A stretch of DNA of 30,000 nucleotides from Variovorax sp. (GCA_041424275.1 JBGMOF010000037.1:96790-126789), one strand, 5' to 3'; shown: positions 7,265-16,126, counted from the first letter of the stretch. Notes: generated by a model from the sequence alone, not told the origin. Program-made: numbers and translations.

Positions 7265-9735
7265 GGCTTGATCTCCTGAAGTGAAGGGAAAGAGCTGGAC
7301 GAGGGGATGAGGTCCGCGGCCCAGTCCAGGCCGCTGTGGCGCAGCCAGTGGGCTGCGAAGTCCTGTGCGCCGTACGCGGCCAGCACGGCGTCGATGTCGC
7401 GCTGGTGCTCGGGCGTGGACGCGCCCGCGAAGGCGAGCGCCACCGGCCCCAGGTCCAGGTCGAAGACCCGGTTGCCCAGCCGTGACTGGTAGTAGTAGTC
7501 GCGCTTGGGCTGCGCGGTGGCGACGATCTCGATCTGCCGGCTGTTGAGGCCGAAGCCCTCGTAGATCGTGCGAATCTGCGGCTCGTTGGCCTGCGGGTTG
7601 GGCAGGAAGATGCGGCTCGCGCAGCTCTCGATGATCGCGGGCGCGATGGCCGAATCCTTCACGTCGGCGAGCGACTGCGTGGCGAAGATGATCGACGCGT
7701 TCTTCTTGCGCAGCGTCTTGAGCCACTGGCGGATGCGCGCGGCGAACACCGGGTCGTCGAGGAACAGCCACGCTTCGTCAAGGATCAGCAACGTCGGCGC
7801 ACCGTCCAGCCTTTCCTCGAAACGCGCGAACAGATAGCGCAGCACGGCCAGCACCGCGGCCTTGCTGTGCATCAGCTCTTCCATCTCGAAGCCCTGCACG
7901 TCGGCGCTGCCCAACCGGTCGTGGTCGGCGTCCAGCAGCTTGCCATGCGCGCCGCCCAGCACGTAGGGCGCGAGCGCCTGGCGCAGCATGTTGGACTGCA
8001 GTAGCACCGACAGGCCCGTCAGCGTGCGCTGCTCAACGGGCGCGCTGGCCAGGCTGCCGAGCGCCGACCAGACCGCCTCGCGCTCCTCCGGGCCGACGGC
8101 CACGCCCTCCTGGATCAGCCGGCCCTCGACCCATTCGGCCGCCCAGGTGCGGTAGCCCTCTCGGTCGATACGCGCGAGCGGCTGGAAGGCCATCCCGTTC
8201 TCGCCTTTCCCGCCACCCTCCTCCTGCGACGTGCCCAGGTCGTAGTGCTCGCCGCCCAGCCCCAGGATCGTCGCTCGGATCGAGCGGCCCATGTCGAAGG
8301 CGAAGATGCGCGAGCCGGCATAGCGTCGGAACTGCAGCGCCATCGTCGCCAGCAGCACCGACTTGCCCATGCCGATGGGGCCGACCACCAGCGTGTTGCC
8401 CACGTCGCCGATGTGGGTCACCAGCCGGAACGGCGTGGCGCCATCGGTGCGCGTGACGATCAGGGGCGGGCCGTCCAGATGCGCGTTGCGCTCCTGCCCG
8501 GCCCAGACCGCCGAGACCGGCATCAGGTGCGCGAGGTTCAGCGTCGAGACGATGGGCTGGCGCACGTTGGCATAGGCGTGGCCGGGCAGCGAGGACAGCC
8601 AGGCCTCGACCGCGTTCAGCGTCTCAGGGATCGTCACGAAGCCGCGCCCCTGGATGACGCGCTCGGCAGCGCGCAGCTTCTCGTCGGCCGCTGCCGCGTT
8701 CGCGTCCAGCACGGTCAGCGTGGACGTGACGTAGCCGTAGGCCACCTCGTCGCTGCCCAGCTCCTGCAGCGCAGCATCGGCGTCGGCCGCCTTGTTGGCA
8801 GCGTCGGAATCCACCAGCGGCGACTCCTGCTGGAAGATCGTCTCGCGCAGCAGCGCGACGATGTTCTTGCGCTTGGCGAACCACTGGCGGCGCAGCCGGC
8901 CCAGCTCGCGCTCGGCCTCGGCCTTGTCGAGGCACAGGAAGCGCGTGCTCCAGCGGTAGGCGAAGCCCAGGCGGTTCAGCTCGTCGAGCAGGCCCGGCCA
9001 GGTGGAGGTCGGGAAGCCACGCACCGTGAGCACGCGCAGGTGCTTGTGGCCCAGCATCGGCGCCAGGCCGCCCGTCAGCGCTTCGTCGGCGAGCAGCGCA
9101 TCGAGGTGCATCGGCACCTCTGGCACGGCAACCGCCTGCCTGCGCGTGGACACGCCGGCGTGCAGATGCGCGAGCGTCTGTGCGTCGTCCAGCCAGCCGA
9201 TCTCGGGCATCACACCTTCGAGCAGGCCGTGGAAGCGCTCGGTCTCGGCGACGAAGCCCTGCAGGCGCTCGCGCCAATCGACGCGGCGGTGGCCGCGGGT
9301 CTCGCCGGCGTTCTCGTAGATCAGGCCCGCGGCGCGAGTGTGCGATTCCTCGGGCGGCAGGTAGAGCTGCGTCACGTGGTAGCGGCTCTCGAAGTGGCTG
9401 CCGGCCTCCTCGAACCCGGCGCGGCGCTCCTCGTCCACCAGCCAGGACAGCGGCTCCGGGAACGCCGAGCGCGGATAGTCCGCAGCCTCGCGCCGCTCGG
9501 CCTCGACGAACAGCGCCCAGCCCGAACCCAGGCGGCGCAGCGCGTTGTTCAGGCGCGCGGTGATGGCCACCAACTCGCCGGCGATGGCGCTGTCGAGGTC
9601 CGGGCCGCGGAAGCGCGCGCTGCGCTGGAACGAGCCGTCCTTGTTCAGCACCACGCCGGGCGCGACCAGTCCGGCCCACGGCAGCCAGTCGGCGAGCAGC
9701 GCCGGGCGCTGGCGGTATTCGGCGAGGTTCATCAT
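7261..9735 (-). CDS. trbE: Conjugal transfer ATPase TrbE (VirB4-like)
   Basis: 824 aa from ATG 9735 (MMNLAEYRQRPALLADWLPW...). Walker A GPIGMGKSVLL and Walker B-like LLILDEAW. Confidence 0.95.
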   Translation of the reverse strand: MMNLAEYRQRPALLADWLPWAGLVAPGVVLNKDGSFQRSARFRGPDLDSAIAGELVAITARLNNALRRLGSGWALFVEAERREAADYPRSAFPEPLSWLVDEERRAGFEEAGSHFESRYHVTQLYLPPEESHTRAAGLIYENAGETRGHRRVDWRERLQGFVAETERFHGLLEGVMPEIGWLDDAQTLAHLHAGVSTRRQAVAVPEVPMHLDALLADEALTGGLAPMLGHKHLRVLTVRGFPTSTWPGLLDELNRLGFAYRWSTRFLCLDKAEAERELGRLRRQWFAKRKNIVALLRETIFQQESPLVDSDAANKAADADAALQELGSDEVAYGYVTSTLTVLDANAAAADEKLRAAERVIQGRGFVTIPETLNAVEAWLSSLPGHAYANVRQPIVSTLNLAHLMPVSAVWAGQERNAHLDGPPLIVTRTDGATPFRLVTHIGDVGNTLVVGPIGMGKSVLLATMALQFRRYAGSRIFAFDMGRSIRATILGLGGEHYDLGTSQEEGGGKGENGMAFQPLARIDREGYRTWAAEWVEGRLIQEGVAVGPEEREAVWSALGSLASAPVEQRTLTGLSVLLQSNMLRQALAPYVLGGAHGKLLDADHDRLGSADVQGFEMEELMHSKAAVLAVLRYLFARFEERLDGAPTLLILDEAWLFLDDPVFAARIRQWLKTLRKKNASIIFATQSLADVKDSAIAPAIIESCASRIFLPNPQANEPQIRTIYEGFGLNSRQIEIVATAQPKRDYYYQSRLGNRVFDLDLGPVALAFAGASTPEHQRDIDAVLAAYGAQDFAAHWLRHSGLDWAADLIPSSSSFPSLQEIKP

Positions 9736-9745
9736 GGCCGCGCCC

Positions 9746-10027
9746 TCATGTATCGAGCAGCACGCGGTGCTTGATGTGCCGCGCGAAGACCTGCATGAAC
9801 TGCGGGTCCGCATGCGCGCCCCAGACCGCAAGCGAATGGCCCACGATCCAGAGCACGATGCCCGGAACCCAGAGCTGCAGGCCCAGGCCCACGGCGGCCG
9901 CTAACGTGCCGTTGGCGATCGCTACGGTGCGCGGCGCGCCGCCCATCAGGATGGGCTCGGTCAGGGAGCGATGCAGAGGAACTTCGAAGCCCCGAACCTC
10001 GAAACCCCGTGCGTCGTGCGGGCTCAT
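9746..10027 (-). CDS. trbD: Conjugal transfer protein TrbD (VirB3-like)
   Basis: 93 aa small membrane protein (...ILMGGAPRTVAIANGTLAAAVGLGLQLWVPGIVLWIVGH...). The start overlaps the trbC stop (ATGA). Confidence 0.85.
   Translation of the reverse strand: MSPHDARGFEVRGFEVPLHRSLTEPILMGGAPRTVAIANGTLAAAVGLGLQLWVPGIVLWIVGHSLAVWGAHADPQFMQVFARHIKHRVLLDT
9980..10009 (-). repeat. Tandem 15-nt duplication inside the trbD 5' end, encoding RGFEV-RGFEV
   Basis: Minus-strand units are CGGGGTTTCGAGGTT and CGGGGCTTCGAAGTT. They differ at two positions, both synonymous. Confidence 0.8.
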
Positions 10028-10383
10028 GCCAGCACCGCCCCGCCAGCGAACGAGAAGAACGACAGGAAGAAGCTCGATGCGGCGAACGCGATTGACAGCC
10101 CGAAGACAATCTGCACCAGCTTGCGGAAGCCTCCGCTGGTGTCGCCGAACGCGAGCGTCAGGCCCGTGGCGATGATGATGATCACCGCGACGATTCGCGC
10201 CACCGGTCCCTGGATGGATTCAAGGATGGATTGCAGTGGCGCCTCCCACGGCATGTTGGAGCCAGCCGCGTGTGCGGGCAACGCGAAGGCCAGCAGCAGC
10301 GCGGCCAGCAGCAGGATGTGTAGCGCCAGGCGCATGCGCCCCGCGTGCAGAGACGTATTTACGGAAATGTGCGAAGTCGTCAT
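10024..10383 (-). CDS. trbC: Conjugal transfer pilin precursor TrbC (VirB2-like)
   Basis: 119 aa from ATG 10383. Signal-like leader (LALHILLLAALLLAFALPAHAAG) plus two hydrophobic segments. SD AGGAGAA 6 nt upstream. ATGA overlap with the trbB stop. Confidence 0.85.
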   Translation of the reverse strand: MTTSHISVNTSLHAGRMRLALHILLLAALLLAFALPAHAAGSNMPWEAPLQSILESIQGPVARIVAVIIIIATGLTLAFGDTSGGFRKLVQIVFGLSIAFAASSFFLSFFSFAGGAVLA

Positions 10384-11417
10384 GAAGGTTCTCCTGGAAG
10401 TGATGGCAATGAAGGAAGTGAAGGCAATGGCGCGGGCTCCAGTTCGTAGCTGAGCCGGTAGCCGTTCGCGTCGAGGCCAACGACGCGTGCGATGGCCTCG
10501 ACGCGGCGCGTGCGGCCGCGCCCGGCGATGAAGACAATGACGTTGATGGTCTCGCCGATAAGCGCGCGCGGCACGTTCACCGAAACCTCCTGCACCAGCT
10601 GTTCGAGGCGCGTGAGAGCGCCCATCGCCGAGCCCGCGTGCACAGTGGCGATGCCGCCCGGGTGGCCCGTGCCCCAGGCCTTGAGCAGGTCCAGCGCCTC
10701 GGGACCGCGCACCTCGCCGACGACGATGCGGTCCGGGCGCAGGCGCAGCGTGGAGCGCACGAGCTCGGTCATGCTGACCACGCCGGGGCGCGTGCGCAGC
10801 GGCACATGGTCGTGCGCCGTGCACTGCAGTTCCACCGTGTCTTCGAGCACGATCACACGGTCGCCGGTGGCCGCCACCTCGTCAAGCAGCGCGTTGGCGA
10901 GCGTGGTCTTGCCGGTGCTGGTGCCCCCGGCGATCAGGATGTTCTGGCGGCCCCGCACCGCAGTGCGCAGGAACGCGGCCTGGTCGGCGGTGAGGATGCC
11001 GTCGGCCACGTAGTCTTCCAGGCGGATCAGCGCGACGGCGCGTTTGCGCAGCGCGAAGACCGGACCGGGCGTCACGGGCGGCAGCGCGCCCTCGAAGCGT
11101 TCGCCGGTCTCGGGCAGTTCAGCAGTCAGGAGGGGTTTGTCCGCATGCACCTCGGCACGCACGTGTGCGGCGATCAGGCGGATGATGCGTTCGCCGTCGG
11201 CCGGCGGCAGCGTGATGCCCGTCGGTGCGCGGCCCGTGCTCAGCCGGTCCAACCACAGCGAGCCATCCGGGTTGAGCAGCACTTCGACCACGTCGGGGTC
11301 GGCCAGCGCCTGCGCGATCTCCGGTCCCATCGCCGTGCGCAGCATGCGGACACGACGGTCCAGCGCAAGCGAGATCGGCGTGGCAGCCTTGTTCGGATCA
11401 CGCGGCGTCCCGGTCAT
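10380..11417 (-). CDS. trbB: Conjugal transfer ATPase TrbB (VirB11-like)
   Basis: 345 aa with Walker A GGTSTGKTT and a VirB11/PulE-like core (...VGEVRGPEALDLLKAWGTGHPGG...). The C-terminal tail is PLPSLPSLPSLPGEPS. Confidence 0.95.
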   Translation of the reverse strand: MTGTPRDPNKAATPISLALDRRVRMLRTAMGPEIAQALADPDVVEVLLNPDGSLWLDRLSTGRAPTGITLPPADGERIIRLIAAHVRAEVHADKPLLTAELPETGERFEGALPPVTPGPVFALRKRAVALIRLEDYVADGILTADQAAFLRTAVRGRQNILIAGGTSTGKTTLANALLDEVAATGDRVIVLEDTVELQCTAHDHVPLRTRPGVVSMTELVRSTLRLRPDRIVVGEVRGPEALDLLKAWGTGHPGGIATVHAGSAMGALTRLEQLVQEVSVNVPRALIGETINVIVFIAGRGRTRRVEAIARVVGLDANGYRLSYELEPAPLPSLPSLPSLPGEPS

Positions 11418-11920
11418 GAAGCCGCCTCCGGTTTGCTGCCGGCCGGGGTCGCCGGCCGATCGTCTCCAGTGGCGTTACCCACGGGATCACCCAATCCGAA
11501 GAACTGGCTGTCCTCGGGCTGGATTTCCTCGTACACGTCCTTGACCAGGCTGCGCCCGCGCAGCAGGTGGCGGCCCAGCTGCTCTATGAACTGCTCGAAG
11601 CGGGCACGCCCCTGCGCGCGCGCCGCCTCCTGATGAGCCTCGGGCACGGGCGTGCTGACGGTGAGGAAGTAGCGCACGTACAGCGCCACCGTCTCGATGA
11701 GGATGTTCTGGTCGCGTTCGAGCTTGTCGTATTGGCGCGAGAGGCGGTCCAGCCGCTTGGCAATGGCGGCCTCTCGCTGGTCGCCGCTGTCGGGTGAGAG
11801 AAATGAAGACAGCGCCGCGGCGATGATGGAGGACTTGGACAGGCCCTTCATCGCGGCCAGCTCGTCGAGCCGGCGCGCGTGGTCGCGCTCGAGGAAGATG
11901 TTCAAGCGCGCCCGGCTCAT
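11414..11920 (-). CDS. CopG-family ribbon-helix-helix protein (likely transfer-operon regulator)
   Basis: 168 aa with an N-terminal RHH signature (RLNIFLERDHARRLDELAAMKGLSKSSIIAAAL). It lies between traG and trbB, as in Tn4371-type ICEs. ATGA overlaps at both ends. Confidence 0.8.
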   Translation of the reverse strand: MSRARLNIFLERDHARRLDELAAMKGLSKSSIIAAALSSFLSPDSGDQREAAIAKRLDRLSRQYDKLERDQNILIETVALYVRYFLTVSTPVPEAHQEAARAQGRARFEQFIEQLGRHLLRGRSLVKDVYEEIQPEDSQFFGLGDPVGNATGDDRPATPAGSKPEAAS

Positions 11921-13950
11921 AGCGCGATCCCATCGTCCGGGTCGAGCGCGGCCAGCCGCGCAGCGCGCTGCAGGCGCGGGTCGAGCTGCGTTGGCAGAGG
12001 AAGCGGCGAGTCGTCGTCATCGAGCAGGCCAAGGTCGTCGGCGCCGGGCTCGGGCTGAAGCGCGTAGGCTACCGCGCCCAGCTCCGGCTGATGCTGGCGG
12101 CCGCCGTCATCGACGGTGCCGACTTGGCCTGCCAGCGCCATGTCCAGGATGGGAGCAGCCAGCGGCGCCAGCCCGCTCCAGTCGTCGGCACGCAGTGCCG
12201 GGGCATCGGCATAGTGGCCAGCTGCGGCGAGCAGGGGCGCGGGCTTCACGCGCCCGGCGAAGTTGCGGTCGAGGTAGTAGCGGATCTTGCGTGCCTTGAT
12301 CGGCGGATGACCCGACACCATCACCACCGCATCGTCGGGAGGGAGCTGCATCACCTCTCCCGGCGTCAGCAGCGGTCGCGCCGTCTCCTGGCGCGATACC
12401 ATCAGATGACCGAGCCACGGGGCGAGCCTATGGCCCGCGTAGTTGCGCTGCGCGCGCAGTTCGGTGGCAGTGCCCAGCGCGTCGGAGATGCGCTTGGCGG
12501 TGCGCTCGTCGTTGGTTGCAAAGGCGATGCGCACGTGGCAGTTGTCGAGGATCGAATGGTTCTGGCCGTAGGCCTTGTCGATCTGGTTGAGGGACTGTGC
12601 GATCAGGAATGCGCGCAGGCCGTAGCCCGCCATGAAGGCCAGCGCGGACTCGAAGAAGTCGAGGCGCCCGAGTGCCGGGAACTCGTCTAGCATGAGCAGC
12701 AGCTGGTGCCGATGCGTAATGCCGTCACTGCCGTCTAGCGATTCAGTCAGGCGCCTGCCGACCTGGTTGAGGATCAGGCGGATCAGTGGCTTGGTGCGGC
12801 TGATGTCCGAGGGCGGCACCACAAGGTATAGCGACACCGGATGCTGGGCCGAGATCAGATCCGCGATACGCCAGTCGCATCGCGAGGTGACTTCGGCCAC
12901 CGTGGGGTCACGGTACAGGCCGAGGAAGCTCATCGCGGTGGACAGCACGCCCGAGCGCTCGTTGTCGCTCTTGTTCAACACTTCACGCGCTGCCGAGGCG
13001 ACAACGGGATGCGGCGAATCACCCAGGTGCTTGGTCGTCATCATCCGATGCAGCGTCACCTCGAACGGGCACGCGGGATCGGACAGAAAGTTGGCGACGC
13101 CGCGCAGCGTCTTGTCCTCACCCGCGTAGAGCACGTGCAGGATCGCACCGACCAACAGCGCATGCGAAGTCTTCTCCCAGTGGTTGCGCCGCTCAAGCGC
13201 GCCTTCCGGATCGACAAGGATGTCCGCTATGTTCTGAACATCGCGCACCTCGTGCATGCCACGGCGCACTTCGAGCAGCGGGTTGTAGGCGGCCGAACGC
13301 GCGTCGGTGGGGTTGAACAGCAGGCAGTGCGAGAAGCGAGAACGCCAGCCAGCCGTGAGCGTCCAGTTCTCGCCCTTGATGTCGTGGACCACGGCCGAGC
13401 CGGGCCAGGACAGCAGCGTGGGCACCACCAGGCCCACGCCCTTGCCCGAGCGCGTGGGTGCGAAGGCCATCACGTGCTCGGGGCCAGCGTGGCGCAAGTA
13501 GCTGTCGTCCTTGCGCCCGAGGAAGACACCCGCCGAGCCGGTCAGACCAGCTTTGCGAATCTCTTCGCGCTCGGCCCAGCGGGCGGAGCCGTAGGTGGTG
13601 ACGCGCCGAGCGACGCGCGAGCGCCACACCGCCATACCGATGGCCACGCCGGTGGCAACCAGTCCGCTGGCCGCAGCAATGGCACCACCGCGCAGGAAGA
13701 CATCCGGCGCGTAGGCGTCATACCAGTACCACCATTCAAACAGCTTCCAGGGCTCGTAAACCGGCAGGCCAGCCACGTCGGCCCACGTCGTCCCCAGCCG
13801 TGGCTGATAACCGAGTGCATGGGCGGTCCACTGGGTGGCCGCCCACACGCCGCCCAGGACCACGCCGAACACGGCCGCGATCTGGCCAAGCAGGATGCCT
13901 GTTTGGACGTTCGATGTGCCACCTTCGCTAGTTCCCGATCGAAATGCCAT
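11917..13950 (-). CDS. traG: Type IV coupling protein TraG (VirD4-like)
   Basis: 677 aa from ATG 13950 (MAFRSGTSEGGTSNVQTGILLGQIAAVFGVVLGG...). N-terminal TM segments and Walker A APTRSGKGVG. The track ORF up to 14133 adds 61 non-protein-like residues. Confidence 0.95.
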   Translation of the reverse strand: MAFRSGTSEGGTSNVQTGILLGQIAAVFGVVLGGVWAATQWTAHALGYQPRLGTTWADVAGLPVYEPWKLFEWWYWYDAYAPDVFLRGGAIAAASGLVATGVAIGMAVWRSRVARRVTTYGSARWAEREEIRKAGLTGSAGVFLGRKDDSYLRHAGPEHVMAFAPTRSGKGVGLVVPTLLSWPGSAVVHDIKGENWTLTAGWRSRFSHCLLFNPTDARSAAYNPLLEVRRGMHEVRDVQNIADILVDPEGALERRNHWEKTSHALLVGAILHVLYAGEDKTLRGVANFLSDPACPFEVTLHRMMTTKHLGDSPHPVVASAAREVLNKSDNERSGVLSTAMSFLGLYRDPTVAEVTSRCDWRIADLISAQHPVSLYLVVPPSDISRTKPLIRLILNQVGRRLTESLDGSDGITHRHQLLLMLDEFPALGRLDFFESALAFMAGYGLRAFLIAQSLNQIDKAYGQNHSILDNCHVRIAFATNDERTAKRISDALGTATELRAQRNYAGHRLAPWLGHLMVSRQETARPLLTPGEVMQLPPDDAVVMVSGHPPIKARKIRYYLDRNFAGRVKPAPLLAAAGHYADAPALRADDWSGLAPLAAPILDMALAGQVGTVDDGGRQHQPELGAVAYALQPEPGADDLGLLDDDDSPLPLPTQLDPRLQRAARLAALDPDDGIAL

Positions 13951-14086
13951 CTCCGACCTTCCCTTGCGCCCACCTGCGCCATGCACATGCGCTCCCCCAT
14001 GGCGCGCATGGCACGAGTCTGGAATCGATGTGCCGCGCGGTACACCCACGGGGGCGTAGCTCAGAGAAGGCTGGCGGGCATGTCGC

Positions 14087-14122
14087 AAAAAAAAGCGGCT
14101 GGCTGGCGGGATTCCAGATCGC
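14087..14122 (-). terminator. Weak candidate intrinsic terminator downstream of the LysR gene and upstream of traG
   Basis: On the minus strand an imperfect GC-rich hairpin (GCGATCTGG...CCAGCCAGC, about 6 of 9 pairs) is followed by CGC and a T8 run (A8 on the plus strand at 14087-14094). The stem quality is poor. Confidence 0.3.
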
Positions 14123-14234
14123 TGGAGGCGCAATGGCCCCAGCGTCTCGGACCTCGAGCATCCTTAGGATGCGGCCGGATGTCCAATGCTGACGGCGCAG
14201 GCTGACCATGCAGCAAACCCGCATCGCGTAACGA

Positions 14235-15122
14235 TCACGACAAAGCGTCGATGTAGGTAAGAAAGCGTTGCACCGGGTCAGCAATGCCGAAGCGCTGATG
14301 CTTATGCAGCACGAAGGTGGTGATGTGCTCTTCCTCAGCCAGCGGGAGTGCCACCACGTCGCTGCGCCGCAGGGTCTGTGCATGCCCCTCGTCACCCAGT
14401 CCGACACCCGTCCCGGCCGCGATGCGGGTCACATAGCCCGACAACGTGCAGGCCTCGCCCGCGAGCGTAGCGCGATCGATGTATTTCCGCACGATGGTGC
14501 GCATCTGCCAGAGCAGGCCGGGCAGGCACTCCTCGTTGCAGGACAACAGTGGGAACGCCAGCAAGTCTGACAGGGCGACGATCTCCCGACTGGCCAATTC
14601 ATGGCTGCGCGGTAGCACCGCCATGAGACGGTAGCGCCACGCAGGAGTCTGAGCGATGGCCTCATCATCGGGAATTCCGAAAGAGAAACCGACCTCGATC
14701 TCCTCGCTCTTTATTGCGCCAATGAGTTCGCCGGCACGCATCTCTGCAAGTTCCAGCGGCACCTCGGGCGCAACAGCACGCCAGTCGCCGAGACATTCAG
14801 ACAGCCTGGGTTGTGCAATGCCATCAGCAACACCGATGCGCAGTGGTGCCTGGTACAGGGTGTGCGTCTGGCGAACCGTGCGTTTGATGCGCTCAAAACG
14901 GATGAGAAGCCTGCGGGCTTCGCGCAGCAATCTCAGTCCGGCCGGCGTCAGGTGCAGCTTGCGCGGGAGCCGAACGAACAACGGTGCGCCCAACTGCTCC
15001 TCAAGATCGCGGATCGCACGCGACAGCGAGGTCTGATCGACATGGATTCGCTCGGCGGCGCGACGAAAGTTCAGGTCCTCCGCAGCGGCAACGAAGTAAC
15101 GCAGATGCCGCAACTCGATCAT
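14235..15122 (-). CDS. LysR-family transcriptional regulator
   Basis: 295 aa with an N-terminal wHTH (LRYFVAAAEDLNFRRAAERIHVDQTSLSRAIRDLEEQLG) and a LysR substrate-binding-type C-terminal domain. Confidence 0.9.
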   Translation of the reverse strand: MIELRHLRYFVAAAEDLNFRRAAERIHVDQTSLSRAIRDLEEQLGAPLFVRLPRKLHLTPAGLRLLREARRLLIRFERIKRTVRQTHTLYQAPLRIGVADGIAQPRLSECLGDWRAVAPEVPLELAEMRAGELIGAIKSEEIEVGFSFGIPDDEAIAQTPAWRYRLMAVLPRSHELASREIVALSDLLAFPLLSCNEECLPGLLWQMRTIVRKYIDRATLAGEACTLSGYVTRIAAGTGVGLGDEGHAQTLRRSDVVALPLAEEEHITTFVLHKHQRFGIADPVQRFLTYIDALS

Positions 15123-15193
15123 TTACGCCTCGCCATTGAACGTCTGATCCGTGAGCGATGACGGCAGTCGCTCCTGCGGCTGCTCGCCAGCAG

Positions 15194-16126
15194 TTAAGCT
15201 AGCCGAGTGAATTCCGGCACGGCTTCAAAGAGATCCGCTACAAGCCCGTAGTCGGCGACCCCGAAGATCGGCGCCTCCTCGTCTTTGTTGATCGCTACGA
15301 TCACCTTGGAGTCTTTCATGCCAGCCAGATGCTGGATCGCTCCGCTGATGCCTACGGCCACATACAGCTGCGGAGCGACAATCTTGCCCGTCTGCCCAAC
15401 CTGCAGGTCGTTGGGTGCGTAGCCTGCATCGACGGCTGCGCGACTCGCACCAATTGCAGCACCCAGCTTGTCAGCCAGCGGAGTGATGATTTCCTGGAAC
15501 TTTTCGTCGCTACCCAGTGCTCTCCCGCCGGAGATGATGATCTTGGCGGCAGTGAGTTCTGGACGGTCGGTCTTGCTGACTTCCTGGCCGACGAATCTGC
15601 TCCTGCCCGCATCGGCCACGGCAGCGATGGTCTCGACCTCTGCGCTGCCGCCTTCGGCCAGGGTGGCGTCGAAGCTGGTGGTGCGCACGGTCAGGACCTT
15701 CACGCCGTCAGTGCTCTGTACGGTGGCGATGGCATTGCCGGCGTAGATCGGGCGCTCGAAGGTGTCGGCACTCTCAACCTTGGTGACGTCGCTGATCTGC
15801 TGCACATCCAGCTTGGCGGCCACGCGCGGGGCCACGTTCTTGCCGCTGGAGGTGGCGGGGAAGACGATGTGGCTGTAGGTCCTAGCAATCTCCAGCACCT
15901 GGGCTGCCAGGTTCTCGGCCAAGCCGTGGCCCAGGGAGGCACCATCGGCGTGCAGGACCTTGGCCACGCCGGCGAGCTTGGCGGCGGCGGCGGCGGCGGC
16001 ACCGGCGTTCTCGCCGGCCACGAACACGTGTACGTCACCACCGGCCTGGAGGGCGGCGGTGACGGTGTTGAGGGTGGCGGGCTTGAGGCTCTGGTTGTCG
16101 TGTTCTGCGATGACGAGTGCGGTCAT
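15194..16126 (-). CDS. etfA: Electron transfer flavoprotein, alpha subunit
   Basis: 310 aa, full-length EtfA-like, with the C-terminal FAD-binding region (...[47 protein letters not shown]...). Confidence 0.95.
   Translation of the reverse strand: MTALVIAEHDNQSLKPATLNTVTAALQAGGDVHVFVAGENAGAAAAAAAKLAGVAKVLHADGASLGHGLAENLAAQVLEIARTYSHIVFPATSSGKNVAPRVAAKLDVQQISDVTKVESADTFERPIYAGNAIATVQSTDGVKVLTVRTTSFDATLAEGGSAEVETIAAVADAGRSRFVGQEVSKTDRPELTAAKIIISGGRALGSDEKFQEIITPLADKLGAAIGASRAAVDAGYAPNDLQVGQTGKIVAPQLYVAVGISGAIQHLAGMKDSKVIVAINKDEEAPIFGVADYGLVADLFEAVPEFTRLA
15980..16000 (-). repeat. Perfect (GGC)7 / (GCC)7 trinucleotide tract inside etfA, encoding Ala7
   Basis: Read directly: g + gcggcggcgg + cggcggcggc. 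This corresponds to GAAAAAAAK in EtfA. Confidence 0.9.

Larger units (their letters stand above)
1547..13950 (-). mobile_element. Transfer module (coupling protein plus Trb-type mating-pair-formation T4SS) of a Tn4371-family-like ICE; the ICE ends are not identified in this window
   Basis: The gene order traG / CopG-like / trbBCDEJ / small lipoprotein / trbLFGI / DUF2274 is the conserved backbone order of Tn4371-type ICEs. All genes are co-directional, and seven adjacent pairs share ATGA overlaps. Confidence 0.8.

Noticed and set aside
8245-9774. 509-aa plus-strand ORF antisense to trbE. Similar long antisense ORFs occur at 6335-7279, 10638-11633, 12841-14205, 15329-16342, 16117-16911 and 17169-18401.
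   Set aside because: These are typical stop-poor antisense frames of high-G+C genes. They are Arg/Gly/Ala/His-rich and motif-free, and each is fully covered by a gene with clear family signatures on the other strand.
14049-14130. tRNA-like start GGGGGCGTAGCTCAG... upstream of traG, considered as a possible tRNA or tRNA fragment marking an integration site.
   Set aside because: No D-stem closure, no anticodon arm, no GTTCGAATC-type T-arm and no complementary 3' acceptor strand could be found. The resemblance is limited to about 15 nt.
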